From contig CAKOIQ010000002.1 of assembly GCA_934086935.1 (NCBI GenBank), forward strand, positions 4,736-68,735: a stretch of DNA of 64,000 nucleotides, given 5' to 3'. The DNA is from an uncultured Bacilli bacterium (lineage in GTDB: Bacteria; Bacillota_I; Bacilli_A; RF39; UBA660). The notes beneath the pieces were generated by a model. It was given only the letters and a program-made list of their open reading frames with translations, was not told the DNA's origin and did not search any database. Positions 38,595-48,310 of this stretch are shown one piece after another. Every line of letters starts with the position of its first letter. Position 1 is the stretch's first letter. The position numbers were made by a program, and so were the translations under genes.

Positions 38595-39506
38595 CTATTC
38601 TTCGAATACTGTTGGTTTAGGGTCAACAGATATAATATAAGAATTTTCTTGATAAGATGGTGTTCTTACAATGATATCTTTTATTGGAATTAAAGTATAA
38701 TCTTTTAAAATAACATATTTATAAGTGAATGTTAGTACTTCATCATAGTATTTTGTTAATGTATTTATTTTTAAAGTTAAATATACTTGTTTATTTAGTT
38801 CTTTATCAAAATATTTAACTATTTCATAGAAGGCTTTATCTGTTTTTAAAATTCTTTCATTATAAATTCTAATTACTTTTTCTCCTTCATAGTTACCATC
38901 GATTGGTTCAATTTGTGGGTATCTTTCATTACCATAAATAATGGCATATAATTTATTATCTTGAGCATAAACATAGTTAGACATAAAATCATAGTCGATT
39001 TTCTTGCCTAAAAATTCTGTTGAATATGTCCATTTTAAGGTATCACTTAATTCGTATTTAGCATTAGCAAATGAACTATATGCTGATTCTATTTTGTTTT
39101 CTAGGTTATTATCGTATAGTGTATATTCTGTATCAGAATCATCTATAAATGTTATGGTGGCTCCATAACCTGGTCTAATATTCATAATATTTATTTTGTT
39201 TTGAGCATCATACACTTTATGATAACTAACTTCATTATTTTCTAATTTAGCTGGATCATATATATAAATTACATTATTTGAAATAAATGCAAAATCTCTA
39301 AAGTTGGTATTTTCGTTTAAAATTTCTCCACCAGCAAATTTTAATTTATATTTTTTATTAGTTTTACTGGATACTTCTTTCACTAGTGAGCTACTATTAT
39401 TATTTTGATTTGTTCCTGCTTGACCAGAAATTAAAACGGTATACAAAATAACTCCAACAAGTAAAACTATGCCAATTATTCCAAATATTATTTTTTTATT
39501 TTTCAT
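38595..39506 (-). CDS. Membrane-anchored extracytoplasmic hypothetical protein (303 aa)
   Basis: N-terminal TM/signal anchor and a Tyr/Asn-rich beta-type body. No motifs recognised. Confidence 0.35.
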   Translation of the reverse strand: MKNKKIIFGIIGIVLLVGVILYTVLISGQAGTNQNNNSSSLVKEVSSKTNKKYKLKFAGGEILNENTNFRDFAFISNNVIYIYDPAKLENNEVSYHKVYDAQNKINIMNIRPGYGATITFIDDSDTEYTLYDNNLENKIESAYSSFANAKYELSDTLKWTYSTEFLGKKIDYDFMSNYVYAQDNKLYAIIYGNERYPQIEPIDGNYEGEKVIRIYNERILKTDKAFYEIVKYFDKELNKQVYLTLKINTLTKYYDEVLTFTYKYVILKDYTLIPIKDIIVRTPSYQENSYIISVDPKPTVFEE

Positions 39507-39512
39507 ATTAAC

Positions 39513-40556
39513 CTACTTTTCTATATAACCACTAGTTTTCTTAGTATACATTTCATCAGAAATTTTTTGATATTTTTTTCCATCATAATCATCAGTAAAT
39601 CCATTATATGCTTTGTATATTTCACCAGTTTCAGTGTTATAAACTCTTTCATACCCTAAGGTTGCATCACTTTGTTTTTGACTCATAATGTCATAGGTGG
39701 CACTTCTTTTATTCCAAGAATCCATGATGCCATCAGAAATTTGATTACAGATACTACGAACACTTTGGAAGTTTTTCATAACTGCATCTTGAGCACTATT
39801 AAATGAAGAAATAAAAGCATCAGTAAATTCTAATGACGAAGTAACTTCATTTAAAGTATCTTCCCAATCTATTAATTCATCTTTAGGTGTAGTATAGAAT
39901 ATTGCATCGTAAACATTTAAAAAATAATTATCAATTTTTTTACCTGAAATTATATTTTCATAAACGTAATATGAACCAGCATCATAAACATAAGCAGTAA
40001 ATAATCCTTCAGCTTCTTTGCCACTTTCATCTTTAAATGTTGCTCTTAAGATGTCGCCACCAAGTAAACCAGTTCCTAGATTATCAATAACTGTGAAATC
40101 TGTTAATGTAGGAAATGTAAAAGATGCAGTATTATTTAAATGACCTAACTCATTAAAGATTTTATAGAAACCTTCTGTTGTTTTAGGAGAAATTATAGAA
40201 TTTTTAGCAAATATACTATCTGGATAATATTTTTTGTACCAGTTTTTGGCATCTTCGGATTTATTATATCCTTCGGTTTTTAAATTAAAGAAAAATTGAT
40301 ATGAAGGATTTTGAGGATCATACATTTTAATTGTATAATGAATATAATCTCCAATCGTATTAACTATCCATCCTTTAGGTTTTTTAATACTAAAATAAGT
40401 ACTTTTATAGTCTTCAAGAACTACTTTACTTACTTCACTTTCTCTGATTTTGACATTATCCTTAGATAGATTCTGAGTTAAGATTATAACTAACGCTAAT
40501 ATAACAATAACTCCAACTATTATTAAAGTACTTTTTTTATCTTTTAATTTATCCAC
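39513..40556 (-). CDS. Membrane-anchored extracytoplasmic hypothetical protein (347 aa)
   Basis: N-terminal TM, 6 nt upstream of the previous gene (operon). No motifs recognised. Confidence 0.35.
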   Translation of the reverse strand: MDKLKDKKSTLIIVGVIVILALVIILTQNLSKDNVKIRESEVSKVVLEDYKSTYFSIKKPKGWIVNTIGDYIHYTIKMYDPQNPSYQFFFNLKTEGYNKSEDAKNWYKKYYPDSIFAKNSIISPKTTEGFYKIFNELGHLNNTASFTFPTLTDFTVIDNLGTGLLGGDILRATFKDESGKEAEGLFTAYVYDAGSYYVYENIISGKKIDNYFLNVYDAIFYTTPKDELIDWEDTLNEVTSSLEFTDAFISSFNSAQDAVMKNFQSVRSICNQISDGIMDSWNKRSATYDIMSQKQSDATLGYERVYNTETGEIYKAYNGFTDDYDGKKYQKISDEMYTKKTSGYIEK

Positions 40557-40660
40557 TATAAATCGCCTACCTTAATAATATTATATTTTAATTGGAAGAA
40601 TTAAACAATATTTTTATTAACAATTTACAAAAAAACTATCAATAATGATAGTTCTTAGAT

Positions 40661-40771
40661 TTATTTCATGACAACTTTATATAGAGCAGTAGCAAATCCT
40701 ATTCCAATTAAAATAGTTAGAAAGGCTGCTAATATTGCTAGTTTTGTTCTGGTTTTATTACTTATTTTCAT
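40661..40771 (-). CDS. Possible 36-aa hydrophobic micro-protein (MKISNKTRTKLAILAAFLTILIGIGFATALYKVVMK)
   Basis: Not in the ORF track (<60 aa). It has an AAGGAA RBS 7 nt upstream of the ATG, a single TM helix, and overlaps the proS stop by 14 nt. Confidence 0.25.
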   Translation of the reverse strand: MKISNKTRTKLAILAAFLTILIGIGFATALYKVVMK

Positions 40772-42452
40772 TTAGGTATTCCTTAATATAAGTAACTACT
40801 TCATCTAATTCGATGTCAATACTTTCTGTTTCTTTTCTTAGTTTAAACTCGACCTTTTTTTCTGATAGTTTTTTACCTAAAGTGATTCTAATTGGAATAC
40901 CAAGTAAATCTAAATCATTAAATTTTACACCTGGTCTTTCATCTCTATCATCTAATAAAGTATCTATTCCAGCTTTATTTAACTCTTCATATAGTTTATT
41001 AGCTACTTCCATACATGTTTCATCTTTGGTATTTAAAGCGGCTAAACAAACTTTAAATGGTGCGATACTTAGTGGGAAAATTATTCCTTTTTCATCGTTA
41101 TTTTGTTCAATAACAGCAGCAAGAATTCTTCCAGGACCCATTCCATAGCATCCCATAACAACTGGATGTGAGGTATTATTTTCATCTAAATATGTTAAAC
41201 CTAGTTTTTCTGAATATTTTGTTCCTAATTTAAAGGTATTACCTATTTCAATTCCTTTTTTAAAATATAGTTTCCCACCGCAATTTGGACAAGTATCATT
41301 TTCTTTAACATTTACAATGTCTGCACATAAATCATAATTAAAATCTTTTATATTAGCATTAATATAATGATATCCTTCTTTATTGGCACCTACAACGAAG
41401 TTAGTCATGGTTTTAACTTCTTCATCGATAATAATTTTAGCATTAGTTAAATTAATTGGGCCAGTATAACCGGGAACAGCATTAGATTTAGAAATTAATT
41501 CATCGGATGCAAATAATACTTCTTTACATCCTAATAACTTACATACTTTAGTTTCGTTTAATTCACGATCTCCTCTGATAAAGAAGACAACTAATTCATT
41601 ATCAATATTCATAAGTAAGGCTTTAACACTTTTTGTTACAGCGATATTTAGATAATTACATACTTCTTCAATAGTTTTAGCATGAGGAGTTTCTACTAAT
41701 TGTAATTCTTTTAACTCCTCTTTTGTTTCGGTAATTTTATGAGTAGCAATTTCCATATTTGATGAATATGAGCAATTATCACATAAAACTAATACATCTT
41801 CACCAATATCTGTAACGGCTTGAAATTCTTCTGATAAACTTCCACCCATTACTCCTGTATCGGCTTTAACGATAGCATAATTAACTCCAATACGATCAAA
41901 TATTTTTTTATAAGCATCATACATTTTTTGATATGATTTATCTAATCCTTCATCATCTTTGTCAAAGGAATAAGCATCTTTCATAAAGAATTCTCTTACT
42001 CTAATTAAACCAAAACGAGGTCTTGCTTCATCACGATATTTAGGAGCGTCTTGATAAATTGTAAATGGTAAATCTTTATAACTTCTTACCATAGATTTAG
42101 CAGCAATGGTAAATAATTCTTCATGAGTAGGACCTAAAACATATGGTTTATCATAACGATCTTTTAAATGAAACATTGAACTACCCATAGCTGCATTTCT
42201 TCCACAGGGTTCATAAACTTCTTCTGGAATTAATGATGGCATTAAAAGTTCAGTAGCTCCAGTTTTATCCATTTCTTCTTTAATTATTTTTTTAATATTA
42301 TCTAATACTTTAAGACCTAATGGTAAATACATATAAATACCACTTGATACTTTTTTAATCATACCTGATCTAACTAATAGATTACCACTTGTTGAATCTT
42401 CATCTTTAGCGTTTTCTCTTAAAGTATAAAAGTAACTATTTTTAAGTTTCAT
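40758..42452 (-). CDS. proS: Prolyl-tRNA synthetase (bacterial type with editing domain)
   Basis: 564 aa with class II aaRS motifs and the ProRS N-terminus MKLKNSYFYTLRENAKDEDSTSGNLLVRSGMIKK. Confidence 0.9.
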   Translation of the reverse strand: MKLKNSYFYTLRENAKDEDSTSGNLLVRSGMIKKVSSGIYMYLPLGLKVLDNIKKIIKEEMDKTGATELLMPSLIPEEVYEPCGRNAAMGSSMFHLKDRYDKPYVLGPTHEELFTIAAKSMVRSYKDLPFTIYQDAPKYRDEARPRFGLIRVREFFMKDAYSFDKDDEGLDKSYQKMYDAYKKIFDRIGVNYAIVKADTGVMGGSLSEEFQAVTDIGEDVLVLCDNCSYSSNMEIATHKITETKEELKELQLVETPHAKTIEEVCNYLNIAVTKSVKALLMNIDNELVVFFIRGDRELNETKVCKLLGCKEVLFASDELISKSNAVPGYTGPINLTNAKIIIDEEVKTMTNFVVGANKEGYHYINANIKDFNYDLCADIVNVKENDTCPNCGGKLYFKKGIEIGNTFKLGTKYSEKLGLTYLDENNTSHPVVMGCYGMGPGRILAAVIEQNNDEKGIIFPLSIAPFKVCLAALNTKDETCMEVANKLYEELNKAGIDTLLDDRDERPGVKFNDLDLLGIPIRITLGKKLSEKKVEFKLRKETESIDIELDEVVTYIKEYLNENK

Positions 42453-42524
42453 AATAACACTCCTCTTAAACTCTTTTAATTATATCAATATCTATTTAAT
42501 TCTTCAAGATATAAGAAAAGCTTA

Positions 42525-43307
42525 CTATAAATGTAAGCTCTTTCCTTTATATGTTTTAGCTTTATTAATAAATCCTCTTAATCTTGGTAAGATAACAACT
42601 TCATATTGCATTTGGTATAAACTATTTGATGGTACAATTTGAGGTTCTTCTAAATCATAGCCATGTAATGCATAAATAACTTCTTTTTCATCATCAGTTA
42701 AATGGGAAATTCCTTCCAAGATTTCTTTTTTGCTATATTCGCTTAATGTGTTATAGATTGATTCGATTTTAGTTTCTTTGTCTGCATGTGGTGAAAATAA
42801 TTTATTGGCTTTATCTTCTTCAATAGTTGTTTCAATATAGTTTGTCATATTAAATAATGCAGTTCTAATAACTCTTTCAGGTGTATCTAATAAAGTAGAT
42901 ATTTCTTCAATACTATAACTTTTACCATAATATAACATAAAATAATTTTTATTTTGAGTGCCAAAATATGTTAATATATCAAAAATTCTTTTAGCAATTT
43001 GATTTTTTATAAATTCTGGTTCGTCTTTATATAATGAACCAAATTTAATAGTAAAACGTGAATAAACATTTACAACAACAGCTTTATAGATAAATTCAAT
43101 TTCTTCCATAGCAGTTGCAACATTTACAATCTCATCAAATTTACATTCTAAGTTATGTTCTACAGCAGCGATGGCAAATAATGTTTTTCCATCTAATGTT
43201 CTTAAAATGCCATTTTTAATTTTTTCACCTTTTTCGGCATCTAAATAAACCACACTAATTACTTTATTATATACTTTTGATTCAGGTTTCTTAATTGTAT
43301 TTCCCAT
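42525..43307 (-). CDS. Hypothetical protein with degenerate sigma-70 region-4-like HTH and a C-terminal r4-helix-like motif (LTDDEKEVIYALHGYDLEEP)
   Basis: 260 aa. The middle segment FMLYYGKSYSIEEISTLLDTPERVIRTALFNMTNYI resembles the sigma r4 HTH. The C-terminal motif is shared with the proteins at 43313, 49220 and 51207. Confidence 0.45.
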   Translation of the reverse strand: MGNTIKKPESKVYNKVISVVYLDAEKGEKIKNGILRTLDGKTLFAIAAVEHNLECKFDEIVNVATAMEEIEFIYKAVVVNVYSRFTIKFGSLYKDEPEFIKNQIAKRIFDILTYFGTQNKNYFMLYYGKSYSIEEISTLLDTPERVIRTALFNMTNYIETTIEEDKANKLFSPHADKETKIESIYNTLSEYSKKEILEGISHLTDDEKEVIYALHGYDLEEPQIVPSNSLYQMQYEVVILPRLRGFINKAKTYKGKSLHL

Positions 43308-43312
43308 AATAA

Positions 43313-44071
43313 TTATTTCTCGATTCTTTCTATTTTTTTAGTTTTAATGGTTGTTAAATCATTTTTAGCTAAAATTGCAGATAATTTAGGTTCAATTATT
43401 AATTCATATGTCATACCTGTTAATGATTTATTAGCATCTGATGTAAAGATATCACCATCATATGAACTGTATATAATTTCTCTATCTTCTCTAGATAATA
43501 AACCCATAGCATTTAGTATTGCTGAAGGTGAATAAGTTTTTCCTAAACCTTCTTTAAAACTAATATGTTCATATTTTTTACTGTTATTATAATCTCTTTC
43601 TAATTCTAATTCGCCTAAACGGTATTTAATAAAGACAATTATATCATTTATATTTGATGATAAAGTTGGAATGTCTGTTTGGAATATTTTAAGTAAATCT
43701 TCTAGTGATACATCAGTTAAATATAATGTAATTAATCTAATATCTTCAAGTGGTAATGAATTTATAATAATTTTTAAATCTTTAAGTGCTTGTGATTGAA
43801 CACGACATGATTTCCCTTTAAAATACTCTGGAAAAGTACTGTATAAAATAGCAACACTTTTTTCATCTGTTAAAATTGTAACTAAATCTAAGAAATCATT
43901 TAAAGCTTTTTTTAATAGTTTTTCGATTTCTTCACTTGAATTAGCATTATGAATAGCGACATCTAAAGCAAATCTTTCTTCAGATGGTAAAATGCTTTTA
44001 ATTTGTTCAAATTCTTCAGAAGTTAATGAACCTGAGAATTCTAATAATTTTTCTTTATTTAATTTTTCCAT
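43313..44071 (-). CDS. Hypothetical protein, paralogous architecture to 42525-43307 (r4-like segment plus C-terminal LSREDREIIYSSYDGDIF motif)
   Basis: 252 aa with LITLYLTDVSLEDLLKIFQTDIPTL (r4-like) and the C-terminal motif. It has its own promoter at 44103-44130. Confidence 0.45.
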   Translation of the reverse strand: MEKLNKEKLLEFSGSLTSEEFEQIKSILPSEERFALDVAIHNANSSEEIEKLLKKALNDFLDLVTILTDEKSVAILYSTFPEYFKGKSCRVQSQALKDLKIIINSLPLEDIRLITLYLTDVSLEDLLKIFQTDIPTLSSNINDIIVFIKYRLGELELERDYNNSKKYEHISFKEGLGKTYSPSAILNAMGLLSREDREIIYSSYDGDIFTSDANKSLTGMTYELIIEPKLSAILAKNDLTTIKTKKIERIEK

Positions 44072-44102
44072 TTTATTTCTCCCCTTTTTGAAGTGCTATG
44101 TT

Positions 44103-44130
44103 ATTATACTCATTTCTGAGATTTTGTCAA
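44103..44130 (-). promoter_or_regulatory. Sigma-A-type promoter (-35 TTGACA, 16-17-bp spacer, -10 TATAAT) for the 43313/42525 gene pair
   Basis: Minus-strand reading is cTTGACAaaatctcagaaatgagTATAATaac, about 25 nt upstream of RBS AAAGGGGAG and the ATG. Confidence 0.5.
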
Positions 44131-44133
44131 GTT

Positions 44134-46215
44134 TTACTGAATTTTCTTAGAGAAACTGCCTTGGTTAGGAGACATTATTGTTTTAGAGAATGCTTCTATT
44201 TTATTTTTTAATTCTTCAAAACGTGATTCCATGTCTGGATGTTTGGCAATTTCATGAAGATTTATTTCAAGTTCTTGTCCAGATTTATTCCTAATAATTA
44301 ATTTATCAATAATTTTAGCATAAATAATTGAAGCATAATCTTCTAATACTTCTTGATATTCGGTTCCAATAAAATCTTGATAATGTAATATTCTATCTAA
44401 TAAAATCGATTCTTCAAAATCATTTATAACTAATTTTTTTATTTTTAATCGACATAAACCAAATTCAAGTTCTTCCACTGAAGCGGGGATAATAAGTGTT
44501 TCTATAAAAACTTCAAGACGATTGCGCCATGAATATTTTTGAGCAACATCTATTTTTATTTTTTTAATACCAGATTGAAATTCTAATTTTCTTAAATCTA
44601 AATCAGTAGGATCGATTCCGGTTGAAACTAGTCTAATTTCAAAGTTTTTTAGAGATGGAGGCATTAAAACATTTTTATTTAAAAATCGAAGAACATCTAT
44701 AAATACTTCGGAAATTGGTTTTAATTTTGAGAATTGTGAACCTATTTCAATTTTGGGACTTGTTTTGACCCAATCGTAGTATGTATAAACATAATTTTGA
44801 GATATAGAAGTAAAACCATCTGGGAATTCATAAACATTGGAATTATTTTTAGAAGTGAACATTTCATAGATATTACTTAAATTACTTAGTTTTTTTACAC
44901 CTAACCCATTGCTTTTTAGAAAATCCATAAGAGTACTATAGGGTTGTATATCATTTAATATTCTTATATATGTAGATAATGGTATTGTTTCTGATAAGAC
45001 GGCATCAGGTAGAAAACAATTTGCCAAATTAGCGTTACAAAATTTAGTTGAAAAGAATTCATTTAATCCATCTTTGTTATCTAATGATAATAATAATTTT
45101 CTTTTAATTTTATCAGATAAGATATGGATATAATCAAACTTACTATTTTCATCTCTTAAATAGTCACTAATAGCATTTATTAATCGAGTACATTTTAGTT
45201 CTTGTGAATTTGTATAGTACTCTCCAAGATAAGTTTTAATAAAAGGGCTCTCACCTTTTATTAAATTGTTTAATTTTTCCATAATAATTTTTTCATATAC
45301 TTCTTGTTCATTTTGATAAAGATTATTTTTGTTAAAATAATTATCTTGAACTGATTGACTATCTATAACCTCATCATCCCTACTTAATAATACCTTAAGT
45401 TTTACATTATATAATTCTTGTATTTCTCTTTTAGAAATTAAATTTCTTCCAAATAAATAAAATAACATAAATCTATTTTCTAAATTTATTATATTTGAGT
45501 ATTGTTTAGATAAGTCTTTACTTGCCTTTAAATCTTGAAGTTGTTTTCTAATTTCATTAATCTCATCTTTGTGATGATAAACATATTTTTCTAAATACAT
45601 TTCAGATATTATCATTTCAGTTGTATATCCTGAAGTTGAAGACTTAGAATAAACTTTTCTTAAGTATTTTTTTCTATCTAAATATGCTTTTTGTTCTTCA
45701 TTAGCTAAAGTTAGAACATGTTCATTTGATTTAAAATTTTTTATTTCTCTTTCTAGTGCACCTAATTGATTTTTTAAAGTTATTAAGGAAAGTTGGATTG
45801 CATTCATGGCATTAATAATGGCATTTTTCTTTTTTAAGGATAAGAATGGTTTTTCTTTTTTGATTTCATCTAAAGCTACTAATCTTATAATTAATGTTTT
45901 GTAAATGCTTCTTATTTCTTCTAAGTATAGTTTTAACTTAGTGACAACATAATCAAATTGATTAGATATTTCTAAGTTATTTAATAGTAATTCTGTATAC
46001 ATGAATACTTCCTCGTGCATATTTCCATTGTCTAACTCTTTGCTTAATCTAATATTATCTTTAAGAAGTTCTTCGTATTCAGATTTAGTTTTATTAAGAA
46101 ATCTAATATCACTAATATGCTCTCTTTGAGGAATGGGAAAAAGATTGGATATATCTACTAATCCAATTTGATTATTCTTTTTAAAAATAGTTTTAAAGTG
46201 TTTAAATATTTCCAT
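44134..46215 (-). CDS. Large cytoplasmic protein of unknown function (693 aa)
   Basis: Long clean ORF with no TM, no Walker motifs and no recognisable catalytic signatures. It is predicted helical with coiled-coil stretches. Confidence 0.45.
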   Translation of the reverse strand: MEIFKHFKTIFKKNNQIGLVDISNLFPIPQREHISDIRFLNKTKSEYEELLKDNIRLSKELDNGNMHEEVFMYTELLLNNLEISNQFDYVVTKLKLYLEEIRSIYKTLIIRLVALDEIKKEKPFLSLKKKNAIINAMNAIQLSLITLKNQLGALEREIKNFKSNEHVLTLANEEQKAYLDRKKYLRKVYSKSSTSGYTTEMIISEMYLEKYVYHHKDEINEIRKQLQDLKASKDLSKQYSNIINLENRFMLFYLFGRNLISKREIQELYNVKLKVLLSRDDEVIDSQSVQDNYFNKNNLYQNEQEVYEKIIMEKLNNLIKGESPFIKTYLGEYYTNSQELKCTRLINAISDYLRDENSKFDYIHILSDKIKRKLLLSLDNKDGLNEFFSTKFCNANLANCFLPDAVLSETIPLSTYIRILNDIQPYSTLMDFLKSNGLGVKKLSNLSNIYEMFTSKNNSNVYEFPDGFTSISQNYVYTYYDWVKTSPKIEIGSQFSKLKPISEVFIDVLRFLNKNVLMPPSLKNFEIRLVSTGIDPTDLDLRKLEFQSGIKKIKIDVAQKYSWRNRLEVFIETLIIPASVEELEFGLCRLKIKKLVINDFEESILLDRILHYQDFIGTEYQEVLEDYASIIYAKIIDKLIIRNKSGQELEINLHEIAKHPDMESRFEELKNKIEAFSKTIMSPNQGSFSKKIQ

Positions 46216-46298
46216 TTTTAATCCTCTGTTTGTAGTTAGTTATAATATCATTCGATATAATTTTTATCAATATAAAAACTTCATTAAAAATGAAGCTT

Positions 46299-46625
46299 TT
46301 AATATTGATATTTATTTGCAATTTTAATTACACCATAGTTTTTACATTCCAGATAATAGATTTTATTATCTAATTCATAAGGATTAAGATATGAATTATT
46401 ATTTTCATAATCAATGTTTTCATATTTATATTTTGTTATACCATTTAAAATAAAACATAATCTTATTGATCCATTTCTTGTTAAATAAAAATAATATATT
46501 AAAATAATATTTACTAATAATAAGATAATATATAAATATTGTTTTTTCTTAAAAATTAAATAGATAAATAATACAGATATAAATAATAATAAAAATAAAA
46601 TAATTAATGGTTTAATCTTCTTCAT
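46299..46625 (-). CDS. Small membrane protein (108 aa), hypothetical
   Basis: Two N-terminal TM helices and a Tyr/Asn-rich tail with 2 Cys. Its start overlaps the stop of the upstream XRE gene by 14 nt. Confidence 0.35.
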   Translation of the reverse strand: MKKIKPLIILFLLLFISVLFIYLIFKKKQYLYIILLLVNIILIYYFYLTRNGSIRLCFILNGITKYKYENIDYENNNSYLNPYELDNKIYYLECKNYGVIKIANKYQY

Positions 46626-47778
46626 CTCCTAGTTGTTCATATTGTAGATAGCCATAGATTCCAGTAAATTCAGATTGATATAAGGTAATGAATTCTTTGG
46701 CTTTAGATTCAATGGTTTCATTAGTGATAACTTTAGTTTTACGACCATAAAGAATATTGTTTTTCATATCATAAACGTATGGATTAAGTAAATATCCTTC
46801 ATCATCTAATTCAGAAACAGATAAAAATCTAGAGTTAAGTCTTCCATAGAAGATAAAATTTGGTTTTTTATAACGATAAATATTGCCATTTTTAGTTAAA
46901 GTTACATACATTTTAGATTTATCTTTAAAGATTTTATGAAATGTGATTGAATCATCTTGGGTGTAACCTTTTTTAATTAAATGATTAATGGTTTTATCAT
47001 TGGACTCAGTCGTTGTAGTCTTTTTTGTTTGATTATCTAAAGAAATAGGATTTTCTTTTGGATAATAAAATTTATTATTTTGCATAATTAATTCATTATT
47101 AATTTTTATAGTTTCTTTTACTTCTTTTTGATCTTTTAGATAAGTTATTTCTAAAGTCCATTTATCTTTATTATTAATAATTTCTTTAGTAAAAATTTCA
47201 TTATATCCATAATCTTCGATAATAGTATGACTTTCTAAACTGGTACCTGATATTATTCTTTTGTCATTATATTTAAGTTCTAAAATTTTAATATCATCTT
47301 TTTTGATTTGGGAATTTTTAATATTGATATGCCCAAATGAATAAATATATTTAATATTTGAAGTTAATAAAAATCCATCGACATAATCAAAATTTTGACC
47401 ATTTGCAGATAAACTATATCCTTTAACTTTATTATAATTACTTAAATAAAACAGAGAAAGAAAGCTTACTATAAATAAGATTATTAATGAAATAATAGCT
47501 ATCATACTTTTTTGTTTTTGTTTCTTTTCACGATATTTAATATATTCAATATAACCATCTTCATTATTTTTTTCTTCACCATTGAGAAGTTCAATAATGT
47601 TAATTTTTAATATTTCACACAATTCTGACATAATTGAAACATTAGGAAGATTTAAACCTCTTTCCCATTTACTAACAGCATTTTTACTGATGTTTAGTTT
47701 TTCAGCCACGTCTTCTTGAGTTAGTTTTTGTTCTTTTCTTTTGGTACTTATAAATTTACCAATCTTTTCTTGTTTCAT
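46612..47778 (-). CDS. XRE-family HTH membrane-anchored regulator (HTH - TM - extracellular domain; RodZ-like topology)
   Basis: The N-terminus IGKFISTKRKEQKLTQEDVAEKLNISKNAVSKWERGLNLPNVSIMSELCEIL is a Cro/C1-type HTH. A single TM (MIAIISLIILFIVSFLSLFYL) follows, then about 280 aa of extracytoplasmic domain. Confidence 0.6.
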   Translation of the reverse strand: MKQEKIGKFISTKRKEQKLTQEDVAEKLNISKNAVSKWERGLNLPNVSIMSELCEILKINIIELLNGEEKNNEDGYIEYIKYREKKQKQKSMIAIISLIILFIVSFLSLFYLSNYNKVKGYSLSANGQNFDYVDGFLLTSNIKYIYSFGHINIKNSQIKKDDIKILELKYNDKRIISGTSLESHTIIEDYGYNEIFTKEIINNKDKWTLEITYLKDQKEVKETIKINNELIMQNNKFYYPKENPISLDNQTKKTTTTESNDKTINHLIKKGYTQDDSITFHKIFKDKSKMYVTLTKNGNIYRYKKPNFIFYGRLNSRFLSVSELDDEGYLLNPYVYDMKNNILYGRKTKVITNETIESKAKEFITLYQSEFTGIYGYLQYEQLGDEED

Positions 47779-47942
47779 TTTTCATCCTCTTTTCTGATTA
47801 AAGTTTAGCAAGATTAATTATTATTTTAAACACACTTATGGTTTACTTCAAGAAAAAAACATTTTTAAAGTATTTCATTTTAATTTATTATTAGCTAATT
47901 CTTACTAAATCACACCAAAAAAGACGTTATTAAAACGTCTAA

Positions 47943-48308
47943 TTATGATTTTACTACAAATGTTAGACCAGATGATTTATTACTACTTGCATTAAATTTA
48001 TCTGCATCTGTTTGTGTACGTGCATATCCGGTTGTTGCACTAATATTTTGAAACATATTTGACATATTTGTTACCATAATTGAATATGATGCCGCAGCAT
48101 TTCCAGTATTTTTTACTGTAAATGTTTTGGAATCACTCCATCCTGGATAGATAGTTGCTCCTATAATTTGCTTTGAACCATCAGTATATGTTACCTCTAG
48201 ATTACCTGCTCTACTTATGATACTACTACCTTCATCTCCATTATCAATTACTGCTGTATAAAATGCATAACTTATACCAATAAAAGCAATTAATAAAAAA
48301 ACTATCAA
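47943..48308 (-). CDS. Short secreted TasA-like protein; internally deleted paralog of the DUF285 surface protein (signal + TasA-like start + one partial DUF285 unit + conserved tail)
   Basis: MIVFLLIAFIGISYAFYTAVIDNGDEGSSIISRAGNLEVTYTDGS...ATIYPGWSDSKTFTVKNTGNAAASYSIMVTNMSNMFQNISATTGYARTQTDADKFNASSNKSSGLTFVVKS. Its 3' ~100 nt are near-identical to 31018-31115. It lies 3 nt downstream of murB, and a terminator hairpin sits at 47916-47942. Confidence 0.6.
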   Translation of the reverse strand: MIVFLLIAFIGISYAFYTAVIDNGDEGSSIISRAGNLEVTYTDGSKQIIGATIYPGWSDSKTFTVKNTGNAAASYSIMVTNMSNMFQNISATTGYARTQTDADKFNASSNKSSGLTFVVKS

Positions 48309-48310
48309 TG

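Noticed and set aside
42453-42524. T-box or leader for proS
   Set aside because: The intergenic region is only 72 nt and consists of a terminator hairpin (agcttac...gtaagct) plus promoter, too short for a T-box.
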